Of a DNA stretch of 64,000 nucleotides, positions 37,036 through 52,211 are shown one piece after another (position 1 is the first letter of the stretch; each line of letters starts with the position of its first letter). A program made the position numbers and the translations under genes. The notes beneath the pieces were generated by a model. It ran no database searches. It was not told where the DNA came from and worked only from the letters and a program-made list of their open reading frames with translations. The stretch lies in the NCBI GenBank assembly GCA_013239625.1, contig MU054323.1, positions 17,984,029 through 18,048,028 on the forward strand, in the 5' to 3' direction. The DNA comes from Lama guanicoe. Its lineage: Eukaryota.

Positions 37036-37996
37036 TGACATGTTTGTAGAATAACTGGAAGCTCACCCTGATGGCTGGGGACTTCCTTGATTCTTGCATT
37101 GTTGCTTAGAGCAGGTGCAGAGGATTGGGCTAATCTCACCCCTCGGTTCATAACACAAACGTTGGTCATCTTTTTTTCCTTTTCTAAATTGCCAGTTCAA
37201 ATTCTTTCCCATTCTTTTCTGTTAAGAGTCACTTGTTTCCCCCCATTGATTTGTAGCAGTTCCTTTCATAGTCCAGCTGTTCATCTCTTATTGGTGTTAA
37301 AAGTTGCAGTTCGCTCCCTCCGTTTTGTCATTTGACTGCTATCGTTGTCCCTGCTCTAAATGATCAAATGGAATGCAATGTCGCCTCTTGGTCACAAAGA
37401 TATTCTACTCCCCCTGCTTCGTCGTCTCCTCACCCTCACCCATATTTACTGTGTTTTTTTCCTTTCACATTAAATCGTTAATTCATCCCGTGTTCACAGT
37501 TGCATGTGATGTCAGATGGTGATTGAGCCTCTTTTTTTCCTTCATTGTGAACCATCCTCCCAATACCCATGATGAAGCAGTTTATTCCTTCACCATTGAA
37601 TTGTGGTATTATCTTTATCATTTATTAGGTTCCTCTGTGTGTGTGCAAGAGAGGGAGAGAGAGAGGCAGAGAGAGAGAGGCCCAGCACGGGCAGGGGACG
37701 TTGTTAACCTCGGCACGTGGAGAAAAAGATAATGGAACTGAGTGGAACTAGAGACTCAGTCTAGGGTTTCAAGAAGAAGGGGTGGAAGTCCAGTAAGTGT
37801 CATGTTCACAGAGCAGTGCCTTACTACAGATGCACGTCTGTCTCATCTGAGGGTTATCTATATGTAAGTAAAGCATGGCAGGAGTGGTTTTCATTAGCTA
37901 TTGATTGTATTATGACAGCTCTTACTTGTGTTGTATTAATGAACTCTGAATTGGCTTTCCATGTCCAGAATTCCTGCCTCCTAGGCTATTGTAAAC

Positions 37997-38160
37997 CAGT
38001 TCTTCTCAAACTTCCGTGTGCTACGTGTTACCCGGGGATCCTGTCAACATGCAGACCTTGGATCTGTACTTCCAGAGTAGGGTCTGTGAGTCTGTGTTTC
38101 TAACGAGCTAATGACAGATGCTGAAGCGACTAGCCTGGGAACCACACCTTTGAGACCCAA
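37997..38160. mobile_element. MER5A-like MITE
   Basis: 'cagttcttctcaaactt...gggaaccacacctttgaga' termini. Confidence 0.6.
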
Positions 38161-40000
38161 AGTCTACATAATATTGTTAAGTTAATCTTCTCACTACCCA
38201 ATTCCCATCATGTTATTTCCCTGTTCGAAACCCTTCTGTGACACTCAAATGTCCACCCTGGCTAATTAAAAAAAAATCTTCACCTTGGTAGGCGCGCCTT
38301 TTATAACATGGCTTCAACCCACCTTCCCATCTATGTGTCTCACTAATCTTCGGCTTATTCCTGTGCTTTGGCTCACCTGGTAAAGTCCTCGATCTTTCCT
38401 TTACTCGGAAAGACACTGGACTCCCTCCACGAGTCCCATCTTTCTTAGTTCTCTTTCTTTAGTATTCTCGACTCTGTGAAAGCTTTATAGTCTTCCTTTG
38501 CTTATAATCAGGTGCTTTTCTTATCTCTGCCTTTCGACCTTCAGGTCTTTGGTAGCTGAGTCTGTGTCTTACTTTTGAATCCCAGTAGCATCTGATTATG
38601 TGTTATCTATTGATGTATTTGTGGAATTGAATCTCTTCACATCACGCGCATCAGTCGTGACACTTTGCTGTAAGGGAAAAGTGCCACCAGCAGTCAGTAC
38701 ATTATTCACATTATTTCCTTTATAATTGGTGTTCTGTTTTCTCTCCTTCATTTGTAGTTATTTCCCAGTGCATTTCAGTTAAAACAGCTCTATCTGTTGC
38801 TTCTAATTTACTCTTAAGCTTAGACGAATTACTTTAAACTAACGTATAATTCTAAGTTCTTCTCTGGCCTAAAAGTGACTTCTGTTAAATAGTAAAGTAT
38901 AGGTGTTTTTACGGTAGTTAATTCTTTTTCACTTATTTTCTCAGTTACTATCTGTGTTGTGGATAATTGAAGTTGTCAGAAGTTAAGCTATTTTGTTTAA
39001 CATTCCATAATAAATGCTTAGGCAAATGTATTGAATAATGACTGTGACGTTTTTCTTTACAGCTCAATAAGCTTTGATTAAATTCCACAAATGTTAATTG
39101 GACACCTACTACACACAAGCCGCTGTGGGTGATACAGAAATTAATAATACATAGTCTCTGCCAAATGAGAACTTTCGTCCTGTGCAACCACTTGGAGAAG
39201 CTCCTGTAACTCTTCCCTTTTATATTTCCTTCACGTAGGGGTGAAAGGTAGACAGTAACAGATGGAACATCTCATTTTATTCAGCTTGGAGCTTTGACAA
39301 TCACCAAATGTGATAATTCTATTTTACATTACAAATTGTTTCACTGTATCCAAGTCCTGTTAAACTATGATTGACTCATTTTACACAGGTGGTAGCATTG
39401 TATAATAGGCCACCATGTTAAAATGTAGATTTGGCTAAAAGATTGTAATTATATACAGAGTTCACTTTTTTAATGTTGAAAAAAAAATTTTAAGCCAGGC
39501 AGTGCACGTTACTGAATCCTTTAAAAAAAAAAAAGTGTTGGTCTCACCTCAAGGCATGAGACAGTGACTTAAGATGAATGCTTTCTATAGTTGCATGTGC
39601 ACCATAGATGTCAACTGTACATCTTAGATTTAATGTGACAAAAAGTCACTACTTGATACTTGCATGTCCCAACCTATTCTTCCAATCATCTTTCCAATCT
39701 CAGAAAATACTGTCTCCAGTTTTTCCTTTCCACAGGTCAGAATCACTCATGTCATCTTTCTCTCCAATCCCATATTCAAACCAATTGTATATACTATTGG
39801 CACTAACTTCAGAATATATCCAGAATCTGTTAGTTTTTACCACCTACATTCAAGATGGTGATCTTGATCTAAGTCATAGTTACCCTTGCCTGGCCAGTAC
39901 ATCCACATCTGTCTTATAAAACAAATAATTGCATGTTATAAAAAGTATGGATATATTATAGTTTATTTAACTACTCTGTTTTTTACTGGGTTGTTTCCAG

Positions 40001-40482
40001 TTATATACAATGGGATACTACTCAGCCATAAAAGAGAAAGAAATAATGCCATTTGTAGCAACGTGGATGGACCTAGAGATTATCATACTAAGTGAAGTAA
40101 GTCAGATGGAGAAAGACAAATATTATATGCTATCACTCATATGTGAAATCTTAAAAAAGTGACACAAATGAAGTTATATACAAAACAGAAACAGACTCAC
40201 AGATGTAGAAAACAAACTTATGGTTACCCAAGGGGAAGGGGTGGTGGAGGGATAAATTAGAAGCTTGGAGTTAACTGATACCAACTACTATATATAAAAT
40301 AGTTAAAAAATAAGGTCCTACTGTATAGCACAGAGGGCTATATATTCAATAGCTTGTAATAACATATAATGAAAAAGAATATGAAAAAGACTATATGTAT
40401 ATGTATAACTGAATCACTATGCTGTACACCAGAAAATAATACATTTAAATCAACTAGACATCAATAAAATATTTTTAAAAAA
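40001..40482 (+). mobile_element. Lineage-specific L1 3' end
   Basis: 'tactactcagccataaaa...gaaataatgccatttgtagcaacgtggatggacctagag...caataaaa' L1 ORF2 end and 3' UTR. Confidence 0.88.
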
Positions 40483-40489
40483 TAACAAA

Positions 40490-40790
40490 CTGCATTGAAA
40501 TAAGCCAATCACAAAAGGCAAATACTCTATGATTCCACTATGTGAGGTTCCCAGAGGCATCAAATTCATAGAGAAAGAAAGTAGAATGATGGTTGATGAG
40601 GGCTGAGGGAAAGGGGAAATCAGGAGTTGTTTAATGGAGTTTCAGTTTTGCAAGATGAAATCGTTTTGGAGATTGGATGCACAACATTGTGAATGTACTT
40701 AACATTACTGAACTGTACACTTAAGAATGGTTAAGGTAGTAAATTTAATGTTATGTGTATTTTACCACAATGTAAAAAAGGAAAAACAAA
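40490..40790 (+). mobile_element. Older L1 (L1MB-like) 3' end
   Basis: 'tatgattccact...actgaactgtacacttaagaatggttaag...tgtattttaccacaa'. Confidence 0.75.
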
Positions 40791-43700
40791 TTAACTAGCA
40801 TAAGGAAGAATTTCTAAAACTCAGAAGCTGTTAGAGAGGTGTACCAGTTTAACCACATAAAAATGGAAAGCTTCTCTAATGACTAGGGAATTTCAAATTG
40901 TTTAACTGAGATATTACCCACTTACCTATCATTTGGTAAAAGTTGATATTGCCTCATGTTGGCAAGAGAACAGGAAAATAGGCACTCTCAAACCCTGTTG
41001 GTGGGAGAGCACATGAGTAAGACCATTTTGGTGGGAAATTAGTCCATTGGTATAAAACTTTAAATGTGTACTCTTTGACTCAGCAAATCTGCTTCTTAGA
41101 AATACATGCTTACATATGCACAAACAACAATTGTACAAAGACATTCATTGAAACTTTGCCTGTAAAACTGAAAAGTTGAAAGATAATGCTGAAAAAAATT
41201 TCTTGTCCCACCTTTGTGCATAGGTGTAGATTCTTTTCTAGGAAAGACGCCTGTGGCTTTCTGAGACAAAGAGCCTATACATTTAAAACATGAGTAGGTA
41301 CTGCTAAACTGCCTTCCAAAAGCCCTCTGGCAGTTTATATTCATATGAGGGTTTTGCCAGATTTCCCAAGTTGGATATTATCAAGTTACTGATTTTAGCA
41401 ATTTTGTAGTTGAAAGTATGATGTCTAATTGTTGTTTGAATTTGCATTTCCCTGACTGCTAATGAGTCTGAGATCCTTTCACATGTATATTCACCATTTG
41501 TATATATATATATATATATATATTTTGTGAATTGTCTTTTCATATACTTCATGGTCTTTTTATTTTTAAGGTCTTTTTATTTGTTTTATAGGAGTTTTAA
41601 AATATCTATAATCTGGATTTTGATCTCTTATTTTATCTATTTGTCTGTCCATCAGATATGAGTCTATGACCCCAGTCAAGCATGTAAGAACTACATTACC
41701 TTATGTTCTTTAAATGCAACTATATGCATCTTTCCTAACACCATGGCAGTGATGAGAAGCTCAAGGGCAGTCATCACTGGGCTTCTCCTAAACCTTTATG
41801 AACATGGGAAGGCTCTCTTATGCAGAGCAGCACATTTGGGCTCTGTAGTCCACGTGGATTCCATTCACATGCCTGTTATTTAAGCCCTCAGTGTCTCTGC
41901 TTCTCTACTGGACTTCGTACCAGACTTTTTTGCTGAGACCAGGAGCCTTTATTTCTTTTCATTCCTTTTTCTAATCCATTACTTCATTATTTATTTTCAT
42001 TGGTTATTCATCTTTAGTTCTTGAACTTATCTGGGATTTGTGCAAGCCTCTGTGTATATCTGAGGTCTGTAGTAAGAATCTAAGTTTTATATCCTTTTAG
42101 ACACCCCATTGTCTGGTCACCATTTACTGAATAATCAATCCATTCTTTTCAGACATGAAAGACAATCTGTAACAAATGCTAGAATGATAAAGGAAGAAAG
42201 TCAACTCCCAGCAGGAATAAAGGCTACGAATCTTAGGCAAGTTAAAGTGTGCTAGAAAAAGAAAAGGAGAGGCTACTAGCAGACTTAAGAGATATAAATA
42301 GACTGAACTAGACTCACCACCCTCCCTAAAAAAAATTTTCCGTAAATGGAATTAAGGTAAAATTGAAAAATTGGAGACAATATTTTTTATTTAAATGATA
42401 AAGGGTTGATTTTCCTTATATAGAAAAAGATTATCCCAATTAATATAAAAAGATACATTTAATAGAAAAATAGGCAAAGGATTTGAAGGAGTGAAAACAA
42501 AGATGTTCACATAAAGTGAGAATATACAAATAAATATTTTGTCCACTGGAAATTGTACAAATTCCTCTTTTAGCCATTTTTACCTATCAAAATGGCAAAG
42601 TTTAAAAACGCAATAAAACTCAAATTGCTCTGTGAAAATGTTGCTTGGCGGGGGGTGTAAAGTGGTGCAATCTTTCCAATGGCCAGTTTGGTAATATATT
42701 TAAAAATTCTTAAAATATGCATATTGTTTTACCCAGAAATCTTACTTCTAGCCATGTTTTCCTAAGAAAATAATCAGAACTGTGCACAAAGATTTACACA
42801 GTGTTATTTATAGGGAGAATGACCTAAGTATATAATAATTGGGGGGATTAAAAAAATACTTCTACACAGAGAACATATGTTGGCATTAAATTTCATAACA
42901 TGGGGACATGTCCACACAGATCGTATGTATATTGGAACAATCTGCTTATGAAGCAAGTTGTGCTTGTTATTTTTATAATTTTTTTTTATGAAAAAGAGTG
43001 GTATTTTTATAAAAAAGAGTAGGGAGAAATTAGAAACTACTAGCACAAGGAAACAGAGTTTCAAATATCCTTGCAAGCCTTTGATGCTGTTTTGAAGGTG
43101 ATAGGTTGTAATATAAGCTACCAAAAAGCTGAAGGGATGGGTGGCCACGCTGTGCACCTGTGTCTGCCATGCCCAGTTGCACGGTGTCAGCCGAGGAGAA
43201 GACACAGCGGGACCTCGGTCTTGTGTGTCACTGACCTGTGAAAGAAAACGTCCCTCCCCTCAAGTCAGATCTGTGAAGCCGAAAGTTTACGACGAACTCC
43301 CACGGAAGTCATTATCATGTCAGAGTTCCTACCTTTGCTCAGTGTGAAATAAACAGTTGGGGAACAATTTTGCTTCTTTCCCTCCTGGTCCCAACTGTGC
43401 TGGGCTTTCCTCCTTCCCTGCACTGTGATTAAAACTCTAACACTCCATTGCTATAAACCCACGGCCACTATTCTCTATCCCAGAAATAGGCCAAGTGCTT
43501 TTAGAAGCAGAGTGCCCAAGACTGTAATTATAGGAAGGGTTAATCACTTAGGCTAAGTAAGTGAGGAAGGAAAAAAAAAATCTCAGGAAATCTGAAAATC
43601 TGGGTTCCCCCTCCCCAGGGGAGTAGTGGGTTGGTGACACAGCTGCTGGGGAAGCAGCTTGTTCTGGTGGTTTGCCTGACAGATTGTGTATAATAAACCA

Positions 43701-45457
43701 AGCTCCTTCCACGCACTGCCCTCTGCCTCCTGACAGCAACCGCAGCCACCATAGGGCAGGAGAGGGGCTGGTTCCTGTAGGGAAAAGAAATTGAGAAATA
43801 TGCGTAGTTGCTCTGAACCAGATGTCATTTTCCAAGCTGGTTTGGCTCACAGGGAAATTCAGCTTGTTGAAGCAAGTTGTGTTTGTACCACAAGATGCCA
43901 CCCTTCCCTTGAAAAGAAGAGATTAAAGTAATGAAACAAAATGCAAGCATTTTATGAGTTCATCTCACTCATTTTCTATCAACAAGCTTCATCTTGGATG
44001 AAGGAGAAGCTGTTGAATTTTGTTCTGTAACATTTGGTGGGAGGAAAGAAACTAGTTCCTTGTTAGCAAATTTCTAAAACTCTTTTAAACTGCTATGGAA
44101 ATGTTACTTTTCCATCTTATCTGACAGTGGTTTATAATTTTGCACACAAGCTATATTACTTTGAGTTCTTGTTAGCCTAGCTTTGGGTGTACAGTCAGGC
44201 TGCTACAAAAGGCCACAAAATAACATATTGTCACTCTCCACCAGTTTAAGCTTCCAGTTTCTTCTGGAGAGATGTTTAGATATCTGGTCTGTAGGAGCAA
44301 AAATTGGATACGGGGTTTGTTTTTAATTATATGTTTGATGGGTTGCTTCCACGAACCCCTACAATCCTCTCTGCATCCATCAGTACACAGCCACCTGAAA
44401 GCAAAGTTGAAGTCTGCATGGTAAAAAGCTATTGACTTGCAAAATGGAAATCGGTATAGGTCACAATCGAGTATTCTTTATATACTTAGCAGAAATCAAT
44501 ATATATTTATTATAGTCCTTGAATTCATCTTTGAGTTGTGCTGAAAGTGAAATGTCAAGATTATCTATGTGGCCCTAGTTTTTTGCTTTTGCTTATCACT
44601 ATGAACCTCGTAGTCCTGCTAAGTCAGTCTGCTACTGTCAATAATCAGTCCTTAATCGCCTTTCTGCAGGGGTGAGAAAAATGGAACTATTTCAGTTATT
44701 CTTCCTAAAGGAAAGTCGTGACATAGATGTGACCTTGAATAGCGTATTTAACTTGTTGGCACCTCCATTTTTATGTGTAAAACGAGGCATTTTACTGGCT
44801 ACTCTGTGTAAATTGTCTTCTACACTTTCGAGGAGATTTTTATGATACTCCCTCATTAAAAATTCATATAGCCAGACTACTGGTATGGTTGGTAAAGGAA
44901 AATATTGGAAATTTGAAGGGATACCAGTATTTGCATTAAATTCTGATGTGGTTCCTATAATCCTATTTTCACAAACTATTCTGCCTATTGTTAACAGTAC
45001 CTCTATAAAAAATTTGTTTGCATATAGATATACACATTTTCAAGGTTGACATGATGGAAGCATTTTTATATTTTATTTTCTCCATTTGAACTGTTGTCAT
45101 GGAGAGGAATCTAGAAAGTCTAAGTGCCTATTATTCCCCATCAGAGAAATGCAATTGAGATTTTTATTTCTGTGTGAAATTTCTGTGGTTTGCACCATAT
45201 TTGTAGAAATGGTTCATCATTGCTGGCCATACTAGGGATTAGTGTTTAAGCCAAAGTCATCCAGGATGAGCTGATCATTGGAGAAGCTTGGTGGGAAACT
45301 CCACGCTGATAGTGACAAACCATGCCCAACGTATCCTTTCTCCACTGGGCCATACATGAGAAGACAGGTCACCAGCATTTGAAGGATCTTTTCCTCCCCA
45401 GAACTAACCTCTTTTTCTGGTTCTCCATTTGATTTGGTATCTTGGAAGAAATCAGAG

Positions 45458-45690
45458 TAGGTATGCCAAGTAAAATACAGGACATACAGTCACATTTGAA
45501 TTTTCAGATAAAAAATAAAATTTGGGGGATATAGGTATGTCCCCAAATTGCATGCATACTATATTAAAAAGTTAATTTATTATATTAATTTACATTTTAT
45601 ACTAATTATACTGAAAATTAGTGGTCTTTAAATCTGAAATTAAAATTTAACTGATCTGCTGTACTTTTATTGGCTAAATGCAACCTTAAT
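45458..45690. mobile_element. MER33-like hAT MITE
   Basis: 'aaaatacaggaca...ttgaattttcagataaa...atctgaaattaaaatttaactg...gcaacct' quasi-palindromic layout. Confidence 0.6.
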
Positions 45691-45979
45691 TAGGACCCAA
45701 AGGAAATGTGAGGCAACTGAGATGGTTTCTGATGAAAATTTTTATCAGGTAAAAATTACCCAGTGTATTGATTTGCTTTTCTCAGTAGATTCGAATATGT
45801 ATATCTTTCTTCCAGATTTATGTATTTTGCCTTTCCATTTAATATATACAATATTTCTACAACTACATTTAAAAACTGTTATAAAATTTTATGTTGTAGA
45901 TAAATTATTGGACATTTCCCTATTATCAAATACTTAGATTATATCCTTTTTTCCCCCCTGCTATAAATGTTACAGCAAC

Positions 45980-46570
45980 TTTTTTAAAAAACTGAAGTAT
46001 AGTCAGCTACAATGTGTCAGTTACAATGTGTCAATTTCTGGTGTAAAACACAATGTTTCAGTCATACGGATACATAAATATATTTGTTTTCATATTCTTT
46101 TTCATTATAGGTTACTACAAGATATTGAGTATAGTTCCCTGTGCTATACAGAAGAAATTTGTTTTTTTTTAAATCAATTTTTATATTTGCAAATCCCAAA
46201 CTCCCAGTTTATCCCTTTTCACCTTCTTTCCCCCCGGTAACCGTAAGATTGTTTACTGTCTGTGAGTCTGTTTCTGTTTTGTAGATGAGTTCATTAGTGT
46301 CTTCTTTTTTCTATTTTTATATTCCACATATAAGTGATAACATTTGGTATTTTTCTTTCTCTTTCTGGCTTACTTCACTTAGAATGATGATCTCCAGGTC
46401 CATCTATGTTGCTGCAAATGACATTATTTTGTTCTTTTTATGGCTGAGTAGTCTTCCACTGTATAAATGTACCACAGCTTCTTTATCCAGTCATCTGTCA
46501 ATGGACATTTAGGTTGCTTCCATGTCTTGGCTGTTGTATATAGTGCTGCTGTGAACATCGGGGTGCACAT
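45980..46570 (-). mobile_element. Lineage-specific L1 3' end
   Basis: Same 3' UTR family as the copies at 19530 and 31100. Confidence 0.88.
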
Positions 46571-48168
46571 ACATATACTTTATATAGTCAAAAGGTATAA
46601 ATGTAGCATCCTGAGAGAAACAATCAGTATATTATTTCCACTTTGGGGTAAATTTTTTCAGAGTTTGCAAGATTGTAGGATCTTTTTGAGGGCAAAAAAA
46701 AAAAAAAGGATGCATCATAAGGATGATGCCTTGCTTCTAAGCATCATATTGGGATCTTTTAGAGTAAGGCAACATTCCCCCTGCCCTCTGGTCCTTTTGC
46801 TTCTTCTCATGGTCCAGCTCGTGCTTTGATGAAATATAAATAGCTCCTTTCAATGTAAACTAGGACTGGATGTAAAATTTGTATTGTCAAGCTTATAAGT
46901 TACTGACTGTATACCAAGTCTCTTTGGTTTCTTTTGTATGGTTAATGTTCCCATTATTTTGTAATTGAGTTTTTTTTAATTAGGTAACTCTTACAGTTGT
47001 CTTAACCCTAATGTGTATATTGTTCTCAATCACTGGAAAGGTTTGGTGGGTCCCTTGAGAACAGAGGCAATTCTGTATTTGGAAGATCTACTTTACATCC
47101 ATATTTGCTTGATTTTTTTTTTCCCAGGGATGAAATTTAATCAGGTACTAAAGACTAAATACGATAGTTTGCCAGAGAGCCATCTGGGTACTAAAAGTAA
47201 TTTTTATTTTTTCCTATTTCCTCTGCTCATTTTTCTGAGATAATGTTTCCTCCATGTTATATCATTGGAGAGCTATGATTTTCATCTTAAATCTATGATC
47301 CCTTAAAAAAAATAATGGCACTGCCTCTGTTTTTGGAGATTAGCTTGAATGGCTGTATTTGGAAACTCAGGGTTTTTCCTGATCCTAATTCTCAAATGCA
47401 TCCTGATGTCTTATTGGAAGGACATATGGGAGAGACTTGGGGGTAAGCTCCCTAAATAACCTGAGTTTGAATTTGCCAGGAGAGAATTTATGGGCTCTTT
47501 TCTGAACTTCATTGAGAGGCTCCTTTGATATGAAAACCACCTGGAGCCGAGGGAAAGTTTGCACACCTGCATCTTCCCTCAGCCCTGAGGACTTGAAGGG
47601 GATGGACTGGTGGGGTGTCAGAGAGGAGAGTCCCTGATCCAATGCTAAGAGATCCTGACCAAATTCCCTTTAAGATTTATGTCTTGGAAGGTGTAGTTGT
47701 TATGAGAGGGCTCAGCAGAACCCTCTGGGGCTCTGAAACACCAGTACTGTGGAATCCCACCTCTCAGCCAGAGGCCTGGAGCCGTGAAGGCAGGAGGGAA
47801 CGGTGAACAAGGCACTCCCCTGAGGCTGCTGCCGGGTCTCCCTGCAGGCTGGGAACACCCTCGAGACAGGGCTGGGTCCCAACTGTCAGCTCACATCTTG
47901 CAGGAAGGGGGCTTAGTGCACTAGTCACCAAGGGGAAGGGATAAAAACTATGCCCTAAAATAGTTGGAGGTTGGGGGATGTCAAAAGTTGAGTAGGGGCT
48001 TGAGCCAAGTACAGAGGCCCTTAGATTTCTGGATGTAGTCTTAGGAAAGAGATTTTCCATAAAAGGTGCTTATTTCTAAATGCAGTGACATATATTTCTC
48101 TCTTGTTTTTAGTTAAGTGAAAAACCCCTGTGGCCATTACTTCTGTTACTTCTGTGTTGCTTAAGAGG

Positions 48169-48195
48169 CGTGTGTGTGTGTGTGTGTGTGTGTGT
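48169..48195. repeat. (GT)n microsatellite
   Basis: Directly visible. Confidence 0.9.
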
Positions 48196-48959
48196 TTCTC
48201 TTGGGAGCTTCTGCAGCACCTCGGTTGCCTGCCCTTTCCTGGAATCTGTTCCCAGAGCCTGCAGCGAGAGTTTTCATGCAGGTAATCAAGAAACTCGTTT
48301 CCAGCCAGAGTCACACTGTTTTGCCATGAGCACAGCCAACAAAATAGCATGCTGCTGGCAGGAAACGATCATGGCTCTCATACCTTTGAGGCTGCCCGAA
48401 GTGAAACGCTGCAGTGAAACTGCTGGCCCAAGCAGAAAAATTCAACTTCTAGCCCTGAACTATTTCACGGGGCATCTGCTCAGTCAGGGCCTGTGTGAGG
48501 TGAGGTGGTTCATGGTGATACATGACTCAGCTCTATTATTTCATAATTTCCCATCTCTTTTTCTCCTTGTGTGGGTCATCCTTCTCATGTGCTCCACCCT
48601 CTAACCCCCTTCCCCCTTTCCGCTCGTATAATTTTTATCTAGGCTGTTCCCTTTGTCAGCATTTGTCTGGGCCAGTCTTTCCCGTTTTCAACTTCTCCAC
48701 CAAAGCGTTTCCTTCCTGTATACCTTCCCTATAGCATCTTATGGCTTGCTCACTTTTGAAGCATTTAGATATATAGGAATTTTTTTCATGATCCACATAT
48801 TTATGCTAGCAATGAAATATGACATTAGGCCAACTTTGGATGTAGAGTTAAACAGCTTTGCTTCATTTTAAGGCAGCTAGTGATCACACAGAGAAGTTCA
48901 ATAATAGGCCTGGAGGATTTTGGTGGTCAGAGCCTTCTTCACTTTGTAGCTTTATTAAC

Positions 48960-49830
48960 TTATGTGTATTCATTGGTGCACTCAATTGTGCAGCAAGTAC
49001 TTCTTGTGCATATGCCAGGTGAGAAAAGCGAGATTGGGTTTCTGCCTTTAGGGAGCTTCGAGTCTAATGGGAAAGCTGGTGATATTCAAATAATCACAAA
49101 AGAGATGAAAAATTACAATTGTAATTATACCATGAACATGTATTATAAGGGAAATTGACATAATATGGAGGTGAGAGAAACTTCTCTGAGTAAGAATTGA
49201 AATGAGGTCTGACGGAAGATTAGATATTGACTGGAGAATAGGCAGTAATGCAGGTTGGGGAATAGCATGTGCAAAGGCCCTGTGTGTGGGTGGGGAACAA
49301 GTGACTGAAAGAAGGGTTGTGTGATAAGAGTTCAGAGAACATTGCTGGATTTCCAAATAGCTAGACTAAGTCACTGAAGTATGTTAAGTGGAGGGGTGAT
49401 ATGATCAAATTTGTATTTCAGAAAGAATACTGATTAAATGGACAAATAATCAGAGGAACAAGAGTAGATGGAGGTAGTCTGGTGAAGAAGCTCTCACAGT
49501 GCTGATGAGAGGGAGGGTGGCTTGAATGGGGGTGGTGCTGTGGTGGAGATGGACAGGGGTGGGCACAGATGCAAGGTATAAATTTAACAAAACTTGGTAA
49601 TGGTTTGGACGTACGAAGAGAGGGTGATGTCAGACACAGCTTTCAGATTTCTGGTTAGCTCAGGTGGACAGACAAGGAAGAATGGGAGAGAACCAAGTTC
49701 ATGGTAGAATTTCACAAGTTAGTTTCTTGTTAGATTGAGATACTTTGGATTGTCAAGGTGGAGATGTCAGAAAGACAGTTGGATTTACATATGTGGAATT
49801 CAAGAAAGGGTGTGGGATAGAGTTATAAAT
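48960..49830 (-). mobile_element. L2 LINE 3' portion
   Basis: L2 motifs 'ggaatagcatgtgcaaaggccctg', 'gtgatatgatcaaatttgtatttcagaaaga', 'gtggagatgtcag...cagttgga'. Confidence 0.7.
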
Positions 49831-52135
49831 GAGGGAACCAAAGCTCCAAGAAAGTCTTGCTCAAAGCTACATGGCTAGGTAGAGCCATGATTCAATTTGG
49901 GTCTTTTTGCTTCTTGACCAAATATATCCTTCACGTCACAAAGAGAAGAAGGTGAATGCAGTCACGTGAGCCTATGAGGTGGGCATGCTCCCTTTCCCCT
50001 GCCTCAGTGATTCTACTGTTGATGAAAATTCAAAGCTATGCTATTAGAAGAATATAGATATTCATGCTTTCTTCTTAATTTTACTTGCGTTGTGAGATTT
50101 GAGAGTTATATGTACATTTTGATCTGCTATTTCCCTTATATCTAAATATTAACAACTCCTTAACAGATTGGATTTGATTGTCCCTGAGGATCAAAGGTAT
50201 AACTCAGTGAGTTAATGTGAAAATACTGAAATTGACTGCAATGTCTTGTCGTCTTTTTAAAGGAGAAAAAAAAATGTGGGTATCTCTGAAAGATTCCACG
50301 TTTAAGTCCTGCTGTGTTCTTTGTTTTAAAAGACATAGGAGGAAGTAGTTTAGGAGGAAAACTGAGGGAGGACCACAGCTATCATTAAGATAGTCTGGGG
50401 ACCATATTGTTTGTGTATGTCATAATGAAAAAGGGCCAGTGTGTCCCTTCTTCAGCTTGGTGTGTTTGCTCTGATTGAGAGCAGGGCATTTAGAAGCAGT
50501 GAGCTGTTCAATACGGGGGCTTCACGTTACTGTAATTTTCCAGTGCATGTGCTCAGAACAGCATTTTAAAATGTTAATGATACTATTAATTCCCAAACAC
50601 GATTTTCAAATTGAAAAGCACCTATTCTTCTGCAAGGTTGAAACCTGACTTTCCATTATGTGGCATAAAACTGTCTCAACTCTTTGATTTGTTTTGCAAG
50701 GGGAAGATGATTTAAATGTTCTTCTGTGTCCTTTCTCTTGTCTCAGAGATGCTCAAGGGGTTTTTAATTCTAAAACTTCCATTGCAACCAAGTCTGAAGC
50801 TGCATATCCAGGATTGCTGGCAAATTCTCCCTTCCCACATCCCCGACTTCACCCTCACTCCCACACCCCTTCCGCCCAGCGTCTGTGGAACTAACCAGGC
50901 AAAGTCGCGTGCGATAGCCTCACCGAGAATTTTTTCTGTACCCCTCTTCTTTTGTGTTCTCACTGTTTTGCTAGGGTTTGCTTTGTCCACCATTTGTTGG
51001 GGTTAACTTTAAAATGAAAAGACTGTGATGTCATTGGGAGTGCACCCATTCAGTCTGTTTTAAGGGCGATAAGAAACAACTTTAATTACTGCCTCCAAAT
51101 AGCCTCCTTTAGGTTTAGCACAGTGCTTCAAAGTCCCATGATAATTACTGAGTCAAAGCATCGATGTGTGGGCCTCAGATGTGACTGTCTTCCAGAGAGG
51201 ACTCAGATGTGGGAAAAGGCAAGAGGAGAGGACAAAGAAACCATGAATACGTGAAAAATGATATTAAATTACATGAACTTGTGTAACATTTAACCACTGT
51301 CTAATTAATACCTATTATGATACATGCTGTTCTAGGACCTGGGGATAACACTGAACAAAACAAATGAGATCCTTTTATATATGCAGTTTACTTTTAAATG
51401 AATTAATACAGCAACTCAAGACAATCCTTGTTTTTGGCCAATGCTTCCTTGTCAAGTGAATATTGTCATTCTCAATCTGTGGACCATACATCTTAGGGGC
51501 TGAGAACTACATAGAATTCATGAGTGACTTTATGTGTGTACCAAGCATTGTCTGCAGACTGAATGAATAAATCAAAGTATAATTGTTGTGCAGGAGTCTG
51601 CATCCTGCTTTGATTTTGAATAGATGTTACTTGGATAATTGAAGGGCATTGTCAAAGATAGAAGGAGCTATAGATTCATTGAAGAGGGGGATTCTGTATA
51701 ATAATGGCACTTGGTTTGGGAGTTAGAACTAGCCGTTGGTTTATTTTTGCTCTAGGATTATGTAGGGAAAAAAATGAATCGCCTTCCATTTCATGCTTCA
51801 TTGGCACAGCAGACCACGTAGGTCTCCTTTCCTCTCTGTTAGGGTCACAGGTCTGATAGCTTTATCACACTTGGCCTCACAACTCATTTCTTTTTAAGCA
51901 AAATAAGAGAAAGAGAGAAAATGATCTAGAGTCCGCCTTTCTTCACCCCCAAGCAGGGCATTGGATGCTCTACCTTGAACATTCACCATGAAACAGGCTC
52001 CTCATTAAGGTTCACGTGGCTACCTGAGGGAATTCAAGGATGATGCAGGGTGTTGGCATTTCAATGGGGAGATTGGCAGTGATGATGTGATATCCAGTCT
52101 GACACTGGTATCTTGCAGACCTGCTCTGCACTTGT

Positions 52136-52211
52136 ACCAGCACTAACTTAGACCAGCGCTAACTTAGACCAGCGCTAACTTACACCAGCACTGACTTAGA
52201 CCAGTGCTAAC
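52136..52211. repeat. 16-bp minisatellite (ACCAGCRCTAACTTAG) x ~4.75
   Basis: Units start at 52136, 52152, 52168, 52184 and 52200. Confidence 0.92.

Noticed and set aside
36705..37169. Hydrophobic, membrane-protein-like ORFs
   Set aside because: Translation of a polypurine/polypyrimidine low-complexity tract.
52136..52211. CRISPR-like repeat array
   Set aside because: Head-to-tail units without unique spacers, no cas genes, mammalian context.
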